Positions 29,363 to 38,530 of a DNA stretch of 64,000 nucleotides are shown here, piece after piece. This stretch comes from a virus. Its lineage: Duplodnaviria; Caudoviricetes. The position numbers and the translations under genes are program-made. Position 1 is the stretch's first letter. The number at the start of each line of letters is the position of its first letter. Under the pieces are notes generated by a model that was given only the letters and a program-made list of their open reading frames with translations, had not been told where the DNA came from and did not search any database. The DNA is taken from positions 1 to 64,000 of IMG/VR virus record IMGVR_UViG_3300037455_000250; one strand, given 5' to 3'.

Positions 29363-30005
29363 TCGAACCTTTACAATATTAATATTGTCGTTATCTGTGT
29401 ATTTATTGTTCTTGTGCTTTAGCGTGTTTGCAATAAATAACAGAGAAGATAAGGCACGATTACAACCAGTTTATACGGATATTCCAGCAAAAGATTTATA
29501 TGTTGAGTTGCCAGATATAGAGTATATTCATCCCGTAATGTCTAATCTTGGTGAATTACAAGAACAGTACAGAGTAGTGGAAATAACATATAAAGAAATG
29601 CGACTAACATATTTAGGTACATATTTTATAACGGCATATTGTCCTGCTGAATGTGGTGGCTCTTGGTCTACTGCAAGCGGAGAAACTTGTCATAGAGCCG
29701 ATTATGAGGACAGATTAGTTGAGCCTACTACTTGTGCAATAGATAGGCGTTTTCATTCTTTTGGAGATACCTTCTATATAGAGGAATTTGACCGTACATT
29801 TGTTGCGGAAGATACTGGACCCGGAGTTCAAGGACATTGGTTAGATTTGTTTTATGAGGATTATGATGATGTGTTATCATTCCCAACAGGATATTATACT
29901 GTGTACTCTGTTGAATGGGTTGATGTTACATTTATAACTGGTGAATATGAAGAAGGATATTTATTATATGAGCCCCCTACAAGTCAATATGAACGTGTAA
30001 ATTAG
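29349..30005 (+). CDS. Membrane-anchored 3D-domain protein (peptidoglycan-active)
   Basis: N-terminal TM; ITAYC, TASG, AID, AEDTG, LDLF. Confidence 0.8.
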   Translation: MQMNNRTFTILILSLSVYLLFLCFSVFAINNREDKARLQPVYTDIPAKDLYVELPDIEYIHPVMSNLGELQEQYRVVEITYKEMRLTYLGTYFITAYCPAECGGSWSTASGETCHRADYEDRLVEPTTCAIDRRFHSFGDTFYIEEFDRTFVAEDTGPGVQGHWLDLFYEDYDDVLSFPTGYYTVYSVEWVDVTFITGEYEEGYLLYEPPTSQYERVN

Positions 30006-30008
30006 TTA

Positions 30009-30037
30009 TTGATTTTTAATCAAACATTTAGTATAAT
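30009..30037 (+). promoter_or_regulatory. SigA-type promoter with an AAACAT/ATGTTT inverted repeat
   Basis: TTGATT-17-TATAAT; AAACATTTAGTATAATGTTTACA is identical to the copy at the 24.3-kb promoter. Confidence 0.75.
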
Positions 30038-30082
30038 GTTTACAGATAGTAAGATAATACTATTAGAAAGTGAGGTTATTCT

Positions 30083-30271
30083 ATGAAACGAAATAAGAGT
30101 GGGTCAGTCACACTAACAGAGAACGATTTTAGGGATATTTCAACAGATGTAGCCGCAGAGATATGTCAAAAGTTAGAGTGTGCTCCTAACGCAATATTAT
30201 TATCTGCATTATTATGTGCTGAAATTTCAAAACGCATTTTTGATAATGAATTAATCATTGAGGAGAGGTAA
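30083..30271 (+). CDS. Hypothetical protein
   Basis: GTGAGGT SD. Confidence 0.5.
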   Translation: MKRNKSGSVTLTENDFRDISTDVAAEICQKLECAPNAILLSALLCAEISKRIFDNELIIEER

Positions 30272-30865
30272 TATGCCTGAAGATGAATTTGCAATTAAAT
30301 CTAAGGACTTATATGACATCCTCGATAATCGTAAAAATATGGTATTAAAACTTGTTTATGGTAAAGTTGACTATGAAACATATAGACAGATTGAAGAGGT
30401 GTTTGAGGTTAAAGTATGAGTGAGTACAGATGTACGCAACGCTGGTGTTGTAGTGGAGATTGTAGCGAATGTGATAACTATACTCCTGAGTTCGACAAAG
30501 AGGCGTATGATGAATACTACAATATGTTAGAGGATAGAGAAAGAGATGGAAATTGATTTAACAGAAGAAGAATTGGAACATATTAATTATGCTTTATATG
30601 TAACAGAAATGCAGATGGGTTTAGCAACATTCACATTAACAGGTATGTTAGAAACACAAAAGAAAATAAAATCAGCAATCGAAGGAGTTGCAAATGAATG
30701 AGCCTAAAGACAGTTTGTTATGTGATGTATGCAGAACTTGTATGAGGCGTAAGCGTTGTCCAAAAGCACTAACTTATCCGCAAATAGATAAGTGCAACGC
30801 ACACAGAACGAGTAAAAAACGCGGCCAAGAACCGCCAAATAAAAAACATAAGGAGACAGAACAAA

Positions 30866-31054
30866 ATGAAAGAAACAAAACCAACAAAAGAGCAGTTTGA
30901 GGAGTATGTAGCAATCAGAGATAGTGGAGTAACTAATATGTTTGATGTTAAGTTTATTGAAGGTTGCTCTTATTCTGGTCTTACAAAAGAGCACTGTATT
31001 TACATTATGAAACATTTTGAAGAATTAGCAGATGAATACGAGGTAGCAGTATGA
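30866..31054 (+). CDS. DUF5049-like protein
   Basis: AIRDSGVTNMFDV. Confidence 0.65.
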   Translation: MKETKPTKEQFEEYVAIRDSGVTNMFDVKFIEGCSYSGLTKEHCIYIMKHFEELADEYEVAV

Positions 31055-31275
31055 GAGGACAGAGAAACGCAATTCTTAATCATTTGAAGTCAGGCAAGTC
31101 AATCACAAGTAAAGAGGCATTTGAGTTGTATGGAGTAACTCGTTTGTCAGCAATCATTCACGATTTAAGGTGTATGGGCTATCCTATTCATGCTTTCACA
31201 GTTGAAGGTACTACAAGATTTGGTGATAGTTGCAGATATGCGAAATACATTTTAGGAAAGACAGAGGAAGAGTAA
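31051..31275 (+). CDS. Winged-HTH protein
   Basis: ILNHLKSGKSITSKEAFELYGVTRLSAIIHDLR. Confidence 0.75.
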   Translation: MRGQRNAILNHLKSGKSITSKEAFELYGVTRLSAIIHDLRCMGYPIHAFTVEGTTRFGDSCRYAKYILGKTEEE

Positions 31276-31276
31276 T

Positions 31277-31755
31277 ATGGGCGAAGATGTAAAAGAATTA
31301 GTTGAAAGACTTACTAATTTAGAGGTCAAATCAAGATATTTGGACACACTCGTTTCTGTGCTTTTGAGCGGTATGGAAAAAGGATATACAAAAGGAGAAT
31401 ATAGATTTTATAGCGACACAGAGGTTTGTGCGTTAATAAAACTTATCGCACCAGGCGCGTTTAATCTTCGAGTTGCAGAATTGGAAAAAGACAAAGTAAA
31501 GGGGGAAGACTAATGACAGGATTAATTGTTGCAGTAACAATATTAGGAACATCATTTGTAGCATATGCAATATATAGTTTTATCCGTATGTATCAAATGA
31601 CAAGAAATATGGACGCAATCGCACAGTGTTTTTTGACAATCGTGACACATCCAGAAGATGTGGATATTATTGAAGATTACTCAACTAATGGCACAACATC
31701 AAAGTGTATGAAGTCTGATTGGAATTTTCCTAATACGGAGGGCGGTTTTCAATGA
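31277..31755 (+). CDS. Two hypothetical ORFs (31277-31513; 31513-31755 with an N-terminal TM)
   Basis: Coupled ORFs. Confidence 0.55.
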
Positions 31756-32771
31756 GCGTATCACTTGCAATAAAATATAGACCCCAAAAGTTTGACGAGG
31801 TGGTAGAGCAATCTGCCACCAAGGTCATTCTCAAACAACAATTAGATAGCGGAGATATTAAGAACGCATATTTATTCTGTGGTGGTGCAGGTACAGGCAA
31901 AACAACTTGTGCCAGAATATTTGCGAATGAAATTAATAAGGGTAAGGGTCTTCCCATTGAGTTAGACGCCGCAAGTAATAACTCCGTAGATGATGTAAGA
32001 GAGATTATTCAGCAAGCCAAAACAAACGCATTAGATAGTGAGTATAAAGTGTTTATTATGGATGAAGTCCACGCACTATCAAACAATGCGTGGCAGGCTA
32101 TGTTGAAGATACTCGAAGAACCACCAAAAAAGTCCATATTCATTATGTGTACGACAGACCCACAGAAGATACCAAAGACAATTCTTTCAAGAGTGCAGAG
32201 ATACAATTTCCAACGAATTAGTCATAAGGCGATTGTTGAGAGATTATGGTATGTGGTTAAGTGTGAGTTTGAGAACGGTTACCAAATTCGAGCCACAGAT
32301 GAGGCTCTTGATTTTATCGCAAAGCAGGCACAGGGCGGAATGAGGGACGCTTTGACAATGCTTGATAAGTGTCTCGCATATTCAGAAGATTTAACCATTG
32401 ATAGTGTTGTTAAGGCATTAGGAATGTCTGATTATTCTTATATGATTGACTTGTTATATGCGGTTGTAATCGTAGATTGTAAAGGTCAGATAGATGTTAT
32501 CAATAAAGTATATATGTCTGGTATTGACTTAAAGCAGTTTATTAAGGACTTTACAGTCTTTGTGTTAGATTGTTGCAAGTATGATTTACAGGTAGATTTT
32601 AAGCATTGTTCTTGTCCTGATACACCAGACATTTGTGATGTGTTTGAGAGTGCTTGTAAAGATATAGATATTATTAACTTGTTACGCAGTCTTATTAGAT
32701 TGCAAACAGATATTAAATGGGACACTAATCCGAAGAGCCGTCTGGAAGCCTGGTGCATAACTGGTGAATAA
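31752..32771 (+). CDS. dnaX: Clamp-loader gamma/tau subunit
   Basis: KYRPQKF, GGAGTGKTT, ELDAASN, DEVH, LKILEEPP, TILSR, GGMRDAL. Confidence 0.93.
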   Translation: MSVSLAIKYRPQKFDEVVEQSATKVILKQQLDSGDIKNAYLFCGGAGTGKTTCARIFANEINKGKGLPIELDAASNNSVDDVREIIQQAKTNALDSEYKVFIMDEVHALSNNAWQAMLKILEEPPKKSIFIMCTTDPQKIPKTILSRVQRYNFQRISHKAIVERLWYVVKCEFENGYQIRATDEALDFIAKQAQGGMRDALTMLDKCLAYSEDLTIDSVVKALGMSDYSYMIDLLYAVVIVDCKGQIDVINKVYMSGIDLKQFIKDFTVFVLDCCKYDLQVDFKHCSCPDTPDICDVFESACKDIDIINLLRSLIRLQTDIKWDTNPKSRLEAWCITGE

Positions 32772-32827
32772 GTGCTATTGTGTACTATTTTATTGTGTGA
32801 TATATTGTATGTGAAAGGAGCGTTTAT

Positions 32828-33502
32828 ATGAAATCATACAAAGTATATATTCACACATTTCCCAATAATAAGCGTTATGTTGGCATTACAAGCAGTAGCA
32901 CATTACACCGTTGGGGTGACCATGGACAAGGTTATGCAAATCAAAAATTGATGTGGAGAGCAATTCAAAAATACGGTTGGGATAATATCCAACACATTGT
33001 TATTGCAGACAATCTTACTAAAAAACAGGCGTGTGCATTAGAGATACAGTTAATTGCTCTCTTTCAATCAAATAAACCAAGATATGGCTATAATGTTTCA
33101 GACGGAGGAAATATTCCTGCGCCTCGTTCAGAAGAAACACAAAGACGCATTACTGAAAAATTGCGTGGTAGAAAACTCTCGGAAGAAACAAAAAAGAAAA
33201 TATCAAAAAGCCATCTTGGAGAATTAAACGCATTTTATGGTAAAAAGCACACGGAAGAAACAATAACTAAATTAAGAATTGCACATACGGGTAAAAAAGC
33301 AACAGAGCGTACAAAACAAAAGTTAAGCGAACAACGGAAAGGAAAACATAAGTCGCAAGAGCATAAAAACAAATTGAGTAAGTCTTTGCTTGGACATTCT
33401 GTATCTGAGGAAACTCGATTGAAAATGTCATTGGCTAAAAAAGGACGAAAATTGTCAGAAGAAACTCGCAGAAAAATGAGCGAGGCACATAAACGAAAAT
33501 AA
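32828..33502 (+). mobile_element. Free-standing GIY-YIG homing endonuclease with NUMOD3-type repeats
   Basis: VYIH..YVG.T, R...H, GYN; repeated SEETRxKxS. Confidence 0.88.
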
Positions 33503-33542
33503 TATCAAGAATAGAGGCTTGGTGTATTGCAAAGGAGTAACT

Positions 33543-34358
33543 ATGATTGGACAGACAGTATTAAGAGAGCGTATTAACGGTCAGATAGAGCGTAAGAAAT
33601 TTCCGAGATTTTCAATCTTAATAGGTGAAAAGGGAAGTGGTAAGAAAACACTTGCCAAAGAGATTGCAAAGAATTTGGGAATAAGTGCCGTAATGACAGA
33701 AACCACAGTTGATAACATTCGACAGGTAATAGACGATTGTTATAAGATTATTGAGCCGTTGGTGTTTATATTACCAGACTGTGACAATATGTCCTCTGCG
33801 GCGGCTAATGCTCTTTTGAAAGTAACAGAGGAACCTCCGCAAAGAGCCTACTTTATCCTTACCTGTGAAAGTATTGACAATCTTCTACCAACACTTAAAA
33901 GTCGTGGCGTAACTTATATGCTTGAACCTTATTCGTATGAGGATAAATGTGATTATCTTGATAATCTTGAAATGTCAGATGAAGATATGGAGTTTATTCT
34001 TGGAGTATCTTCAACTATAGGCGATGTTAAAACTATGTCAGAAATGAACATCACGGAGTTTAAAGATTATGTTGAGTTGGTAATAGATAATATCGCAGAG
34101 GTATCTGTCAGCAACGCATTTAAGATAGGTGATAAGATTGCTCTTAAAGATGAGGAAGACAAATATAATCTTAAACTTTTCTGGAAAGCGTTTAACGCAG
34201 TATGTGTGGACAGAATGAAACAAAGCGATTATCCTGTTATGTATTCAAACGCAATCGCAATTACTGGTGATTTTGCTCAACAGTTACATATAAGAGGTAT
34301 AAACAAGCAAATGCTATTTGATGGTTGGCTACTTAAAATCAGAGAGGCTTGGGTATGA
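33543..34358 (+). CDS. holB: Clamp-loader delta-prime subunit
   Basis: GEKGSGKKT, AANALLKVTEEPP, LLPTLKSR. Confidence 0.85.
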   Translation: MIGQTVLRERINGQIERKKFPRFSILIGEKGSGKKTLAKEIAKNLGISAVMTETTVDNIRQVIDDCYKIIEPLVFILPDCDNMSSAAANALLKVTEEPPQRAYFILTCESIDNLLPTLKSRGVTYMLEPYSYEDKCDYLDNLEMSDEDMEFILGVSSTIGDVKTMSEMNITEFKDYVELVIDNIAEVSVSNAFKIGDKIALKDEEDKYNLKLFWKAFNAVCVDRMKQSDYPVMYSNAIAITGDFAQQLHIRGINKQMLFDGWLLKIREAWV

Positions 34359-35299
34359 ACATTACTGATGTTAAAACTCAAATCAAGAACAAGGATATAC
34401 AGTCATACTATATCTTTGCTGGTGATGAGATTGAGATACAGAGAATATACATTAACAAGATTGCAGAGGTACTTGGCTATGAAGTAGTTAGAGCGGACAC
34501 AATCGCAGATGTTTGGTCAAGTATCATAACACCAGCTTTGTTTGATAAACCTTGTGTGTATGTTGTTCGTGACGATAAAGACCTATTACAAAATGAAAAG
34601 TTAAATGAAAAGTTAAATAGTAAAACGGAAAACTTAAATGATAATGTCATTATCAATTTGATAACAACAGTAGATAAGCGTACAAAATGGTATAAAGCAA
34701 ATAGCGATAAAATCATTCTATTTGAGCGTTTAAGTGATACAGTCTTAAAGAAATACATTCAGCGTGAGATAGCACTAAATAACGCTAATTGTGAGCGTTT
34801 AATCGCTATATGTGAGAGTGATTATTCACGCATACTTTTAGAGATAGACAAAATCAAACGCTATGTTAATTATTTAGGACCGGCAGAGTTGTTTGACGGA
34901 GTATTTGTGAAGTTAGTTGAAGATGGGACAATTTACACGCCACCTAAAGACGCAATCTTTGATTTAGTGGACGCTATATTAAAGAGAAATGTTCCGCTTG
35001 TGTATGACTTGCTTGAACAGTGTTATGCAGTTGGAGAGGCAAATATGGTTATCTTGTCTGTTCTATATAACAATGCAAAACAGGTGTTACAAGTTCAAGC
35101 GTGTGAAAGTTCGGATGTTTGTAAGTCAACAGGATTAACTTCTTGGCAAGTAAAGTGTGCAAAAGAAAAATGTGGTCATTATTCTCTTGGCGAGTTGGAA
35201 CGCATTTTGAAATTGATACAAGAAACACAGAAAGGAATAATCACAGGACAGATTGAAGATAGTTTGTCCGTAGAAAGATTATTGGTAGAGATTTTATGA
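34355..35299 (+). CDS. holA: Clamp-loader delta subunit
   Basis: YIFAGDE, PALF, EIDKI, IFDLVDAI. Confidence 0.8.
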   Translation: MNITDVKTQIKNKDIQSYYIFAGDEIEIQRIYINKIAEVLGYEVVRADTIADVWSSIITPALFDKPCVYVVRDDKDLLQNEKLNEKLNSKTENLNDNVIINLITTVDKRTKWYKANSDKIILFERLSDTVLKKYIQREIALNNANCERLIAICESDYSRILLEIDKIKRYVNYLGPAELFDGVFVKLVEDGTIYTPPKDAIFDLVDAILKRNVPLVYDLLEQCYAVGEANMVILSVLYNNAKQVLQVQACESSDVCKSTGLTSWQVKCAKEKCGHYSLGELERILKLIQETQKGIITGQIEDSLSVERLLVEIL

Positions 35300-35586
35300 C
35301 AGACCAAGAGGCAATATCTCAATTAAAAGATTTGTATAATGGACCAGCACGATTAACACAGAAACAATATATGGCATTAGACAAAGCAATCGAGGCTCTC
35401 AAACTGGCTATTTGTGTTGACGCAGTTTCGGATAGTATTGGCACACAGGATTTTTCTAATTCTAAAAACTATACCAGATGTTTACGGTGTAATCGCACAC
35501 TTAAAGACCCCATATCACAAGAAAGGGGTTATGGTGAGATTTGTTGGAAGAAACATATGTTAGATACGCAACAGACCTTATTCTAA
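35296..35586 (+). CDS. DUF6011-like zinc protein ending in QQTLF
   Basis: CLRCNRTLKDPISQERGYGEIC. Confidence 0.65.
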   Translation: MTDQEAISQLKDLYNGPARLTQKQYMALDKAIEALKLAICVDAVSDSIGTQDFSNSKNYTRCLRCNRTLKDPISQERGYGEICWKKHMLDTQQTLF

Positions 35587-35663
35587 AATTCACAATTTGT
35601 TTACAGATTAAATCTATTCTAAAGCGTATAATTAAAGTATAGAAACTTGATAATTAAATAAGT

Positions 35664-35855
35664 GAGTAAGCACCCTCTGTGACGCAATTCTTTCTTTCTC
35701 CGAGTAAGCAACCTCAATCGTATCGAATATTCTTAGTTCATTTGGTTTTTCTCAGCGTTGACAGTTAAGGTTTAAGACGATATGGCATACGCAACGCACT
35801 CCAGATAACCTTATAATCGTATGAGTTCATCAAATATCTTAAACAAAAGGTGCTT
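35664..35855 (+). ncRNA. Unidentified structured RNA candidate (~190 nt) upstream of the tRNA
   Basis: No ORF; closing stem 35668-35680/35843-35855 plus several internal 6-8 bp pairings. Confidence 0.45.
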
Positions 35856-35863
35856 TTCTATAT

Positions 35864-35938
35864 TGAGGTATGGTGTAATCGGTAGCACACGGGCCTTTGA
35901 CGCCCTTAGTGAAGGTTCAAGTCCTTATACCTCAGCCA
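35864..35938 (+). tRNA. trnQ: tRNA-Gln (anticodon TTG) with encoded CCA
   Basis: Acceptor TGAGGTA/TACCTCA, anticodon loop CTTTGAC, T loop TTCAAGT; mismatches at the base of the anticodon and T stems. Confidence 0.92.
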
Positions 35939-36048
35939 ACCATACTCTCATTGTCAAGTATGGTCCTCACTTATGCAGTATGTGAAATTCATAGCCTCGT
36001 TTGTGTGTTTAGGGGTCGTTAAAGCCGATTTTAGAAAGGAAAAATCAT

Positions 36049-36864
36049 ATGGCAAGAAATTTGAAAAACATTACCAGATTAATTGAACGAGCAAACAGTG
36101 TGGTTCCCATAGAGCAACAGTTTCTTGATGATTTGAAAAGGTCAATAGAGATTTCTGATAAGAAAAATTCCCGTAAACCAAGTGCAACATATAGTCCGTC
36201 TGGGATGGGGTGTATTCGTGCTATGTATTATAAGCGAGCAGGAATAGATGTTGAGGGTGATAGTAATTACACAATGATTGGTATTTGTAATTCTGGGAGC
36301 GACCATCACAATCGTATTCAGACTGCAATTTCCCAGATGAAAGACAATGGGTTCGATTGTGAATATATTGATGTAGCCGATTATGTTAAATCTCGTGGCT
36401 TAGATATTTATTTGGACATTGTAGATAAATGCGGAAATGAAACAAAACTCTTTGATAGAAACCGCAGTATCAGTTTTCTTTGTGACGGAATTATTCGTTA
36501 TCAAGGTAAGTATTACATTGTTGAGTTTAAGACAGAAAGTTCATTTAAGTGGAGAGATAGAAAGGGAGTAGACCCTAAACATTACAATCAAGCAGTTACA
36601 TATAGTTTGGAATTACAGTTAGATAATGTTATTTTCGTGTATATCAATAGGGATATATGTGATTATAAATCATACTTATTTGAAGTCACAGAGTACGACA
36701 GAGAGCGTATAGTCGATTTAATAGACACTTGTGAGAACTATGTAATCAACAAAGAGTTGCCGCCTAAGCCTAAGGACGCAACTGACAGGAAATGTGCGTA
36801 TTGTGCATACCAAGAATTATGTAAGGTGAATAGTAATGGCTACAAACAAGGGGAAGAAGTTTGA
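36049..36864 (+). CDS. Cas4-like PD-(D/E)xK recombination exonuclease
   Basis: SPSGMGC, CDG..VEFK, QAVTY, CAYCAYQELC. Confidence 0.8.
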   Translation: MARNLKNITRLIERANSVVPIEQQFLDDLKRSIEISDKKNSRKPSATYSPSGMGCIRAMYYKRAGIDVEGDSNYTMIGICNSGSDHHNRIQTAISQMKDNGFDCEYIDVADYVKSRGLDIYLDIVDKCGNETKLFDRNRSISFLCDGIIRYQGKYYIVEFKTESSFKWRDRKGVDPKHYNQAVTYSLELQLDNVIFVYINRDICDYKSYLFEVTEYDRERIVDLIDTCENYVINKELPPKPKDATDRKCAYCAYQELCKVNSNGYKQGEEV

Positions 36865-37309
36865 GGATGTAATCAAAGAGGCATTTCTAAAGGTTGAAGA
36901 TATTTCAATAGACAGATTGCGTGACGCTCCAAAGAAATTAAAGGGAGTAGATAATCCATCAGATTTTATCGTGTATAAAAAACCTCACGAATTGTATGTT
37001 GAGTGCAAATCACATAAGGGAGGAACTCTCCCTTTTTCTTGTATTCGACAAGAACAATGGAATGGAATGTTAATGAAGTCCAAAATAGACGGTGTAAGAG
37101 CAGGCTTTATTATTTGGTTTATCGACCACGATAAGACATTTTGGGTAAGCATTGAGAACGCCACTTATTTTTATCGTAATGGGTATAGGTCAATCAGACT
37201 TAAAGACCTGAATAATTATAACAGTATTGAGATACACGGAACGAAAAAGCGTGTGTATTTTGATTATGATATGGATGAGTTTTTGGAGGAATTGTATGGT
37301 GCCACTTAG
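36836..37309 (+). CDS. recU: RecU-family Holliday junction resolvase
   Basis: GKKFE, PSDF, VECKS, Q...M, FIIWF. Confidence 0.8.
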   Translation: MATNKGKKFEDVIKEAFLKVEDISIDRLRDAPKKLKGVDNPSDFIVYKKPHELYVECKSHKGGTLPFSCIRQEQWNGMLMKSKIDGVRAGFIIWFIDHDKTFWVSIENATYFYRNGYRSIRLKDLNNYNSIEIHGTKKRVYFDYDMDEFLEELYGAT

Positions 37310-37547
37310 ATTTATGGTAATTGATAAAAAGACAGGAAAAGAGGCAGACACTTACGAGATTGCTTTACACGAAGAATGGGCAAATCGTCTTTGTTTTTGT
37401 GATATGGAAGGTTGGTATATCGGAGAAGATGGATATTTAATGCTCGCAGACGAATGTGGTCAATATGCTTATCCACCTGACCCAGATAGATTTGAGGTAG
37501 TGTTTTTAACAGAGGAGGAACAGAATGGCGATAATACTGACGATTAG
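37296..37547 (+). CDS. Hypothetical protein
   Basis: GGAGG SD. Confidence 0.55.
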   Translation: MVPLRFMVIDKKTGKEADTYEIALHEEWANRLCFCDMEGWYIGEDGYLMLADECGQYAYPPDPDRFEVVFLTEEEQNGDNTDD

Positions 37548-37618
37548 TATTTGTCTGAATGTATTTCAGTTTATTTGGTTTTGGTTATTGATGTATACCT
37601 GGAAAAAGGAGAAAGACA

Positions 37619-38140
37619 ATGAGTAAATTTGACAATATTGATTTGGAAAAGATTAGTGCCATTCAACTTCGTGTTGAAGATAGTTCAAAACAGATGGATG
37701 AAATCGTAAATGGCATTATTGAGGAATATGTTAGAGAACTTGATAACTATGTCGGACACATAGACGATAGGCTCTGTGATAGAGATAATCCTCCCACTGA
37801 CAGTGAGTTAGATAATTTCTGTATGAATTTAGGAACACTGATTTATTTTGCTGGTAGTATGTGTGAAAAGTTAGGTATTCGTGATGATATTGCAAAAGCA
37901 GTATATAAAGAAACTTATAACACATACAGAGATAATCAAGCAAAAGGAACAGTTCAAGATAAAAACACAATGGCAGAGTTAAGTTCCCAACAGGAGCAAC
38001 TCGTAAGTGTTTGTTATACGAGAGCATACAAGATTGTTAAAAGCAAAGTAGATAACGCACAAGAACTGTTAACAGGAGTTAAGAAGGTTATCAGTCGCAG
38101 GATGCAGGAACAACAACTCACACAAGTAGGAGGTAGATAA
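37619..38140 (+). CDS. Helical hypothetical protein
   Basis: 173 aa, coiled-coil-like, in the recombination cluster. Confidence 0.6.
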   Translation: MSKFDNIDLEKISAIQLRVEDSSKQMDEIVNGIIEEYVRELDNYVGHIDDRLCDRDNPPTDSELDNFCMNLGTLIYFAGSMCEKLGIRDDIAKAVYKETYNTYRDNQAKGTVQDKNTMAELSSQQEQLVSVCYTRAYKIVKSKVDNAQELLTGVKKVISRRMQEQQLTQVGGR

Positions 38141-38529
38141 TGCTTAAAGTAGTAGGAATGGGTAGTGTATGTTGTGCATTTTCTGAAATGTCTACAACAG
38201 AACTTTTCCAAATGAACGCTCCATTTAATTTTTATGTTGAGGCTCCCTTATATTGGTGGCTCGATTTTGATTACACAAAATTTGGTTTTGAATTAGGCGA
38301 TTTCACTGAGGTTGATAAACTGAATATGTCTGTATCTACAATGGTCAAAGGTTGTGCGATATTGACCTATCAAGAAATTGTTACGATATGCCAAGAATAC
38401 TGTAATGGCGTATATAAATATACTCACAAATCTTATGAATGGAATAATGAGCGTGAGTGGAACGATTTTTGTGAAACACTGTTAGATGTTAAAGGTGTAA
38501 GAGATTTAGTTGACGAGGAGGTATTTTAA
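38140..38529 (+). CDS. Hypothetical protein
   Basis: Coupled ORF. Confidence 0.55.
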   Translation: MLKVVGMGSVCCAFSEMSTTELFQMNAPFNFYVEAPLYWWLDFDYTKFGFELGDFTEVDKLNMSVSTMVKGCAILTYQEIVTICQEYCNGVYKYTHKSYEWNNEREWNDFCETLLDVKGVRDLVDEEVF

Positions 38530-38530
38530 T

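Noticed and set aside
32772-33504. Group I intron interrupting dnaX
   Set aside because: dnaX has a complete in-frame end before the insert, and there is little non-coding sequence for an intron core; not formally excluded without RT-PCR
35664-35855. 6S RNA or tmRNA
   Set aside because: Not a continuous rod with a central bubble, and no tRNA-like domain or tag ORF
35939-36048. HDV-like (theta) ribozyme after the tRNA (TCCTCAC resembles L3)
   Set aside because: No G at the start, weak P3, and no P1.1/P2/J4-2 topology that I could build
36049-36864. Cas4 as part of a CRISPR adaptation module
   Set aside because: No array or cas1/cas2; context is recU/recA recombination
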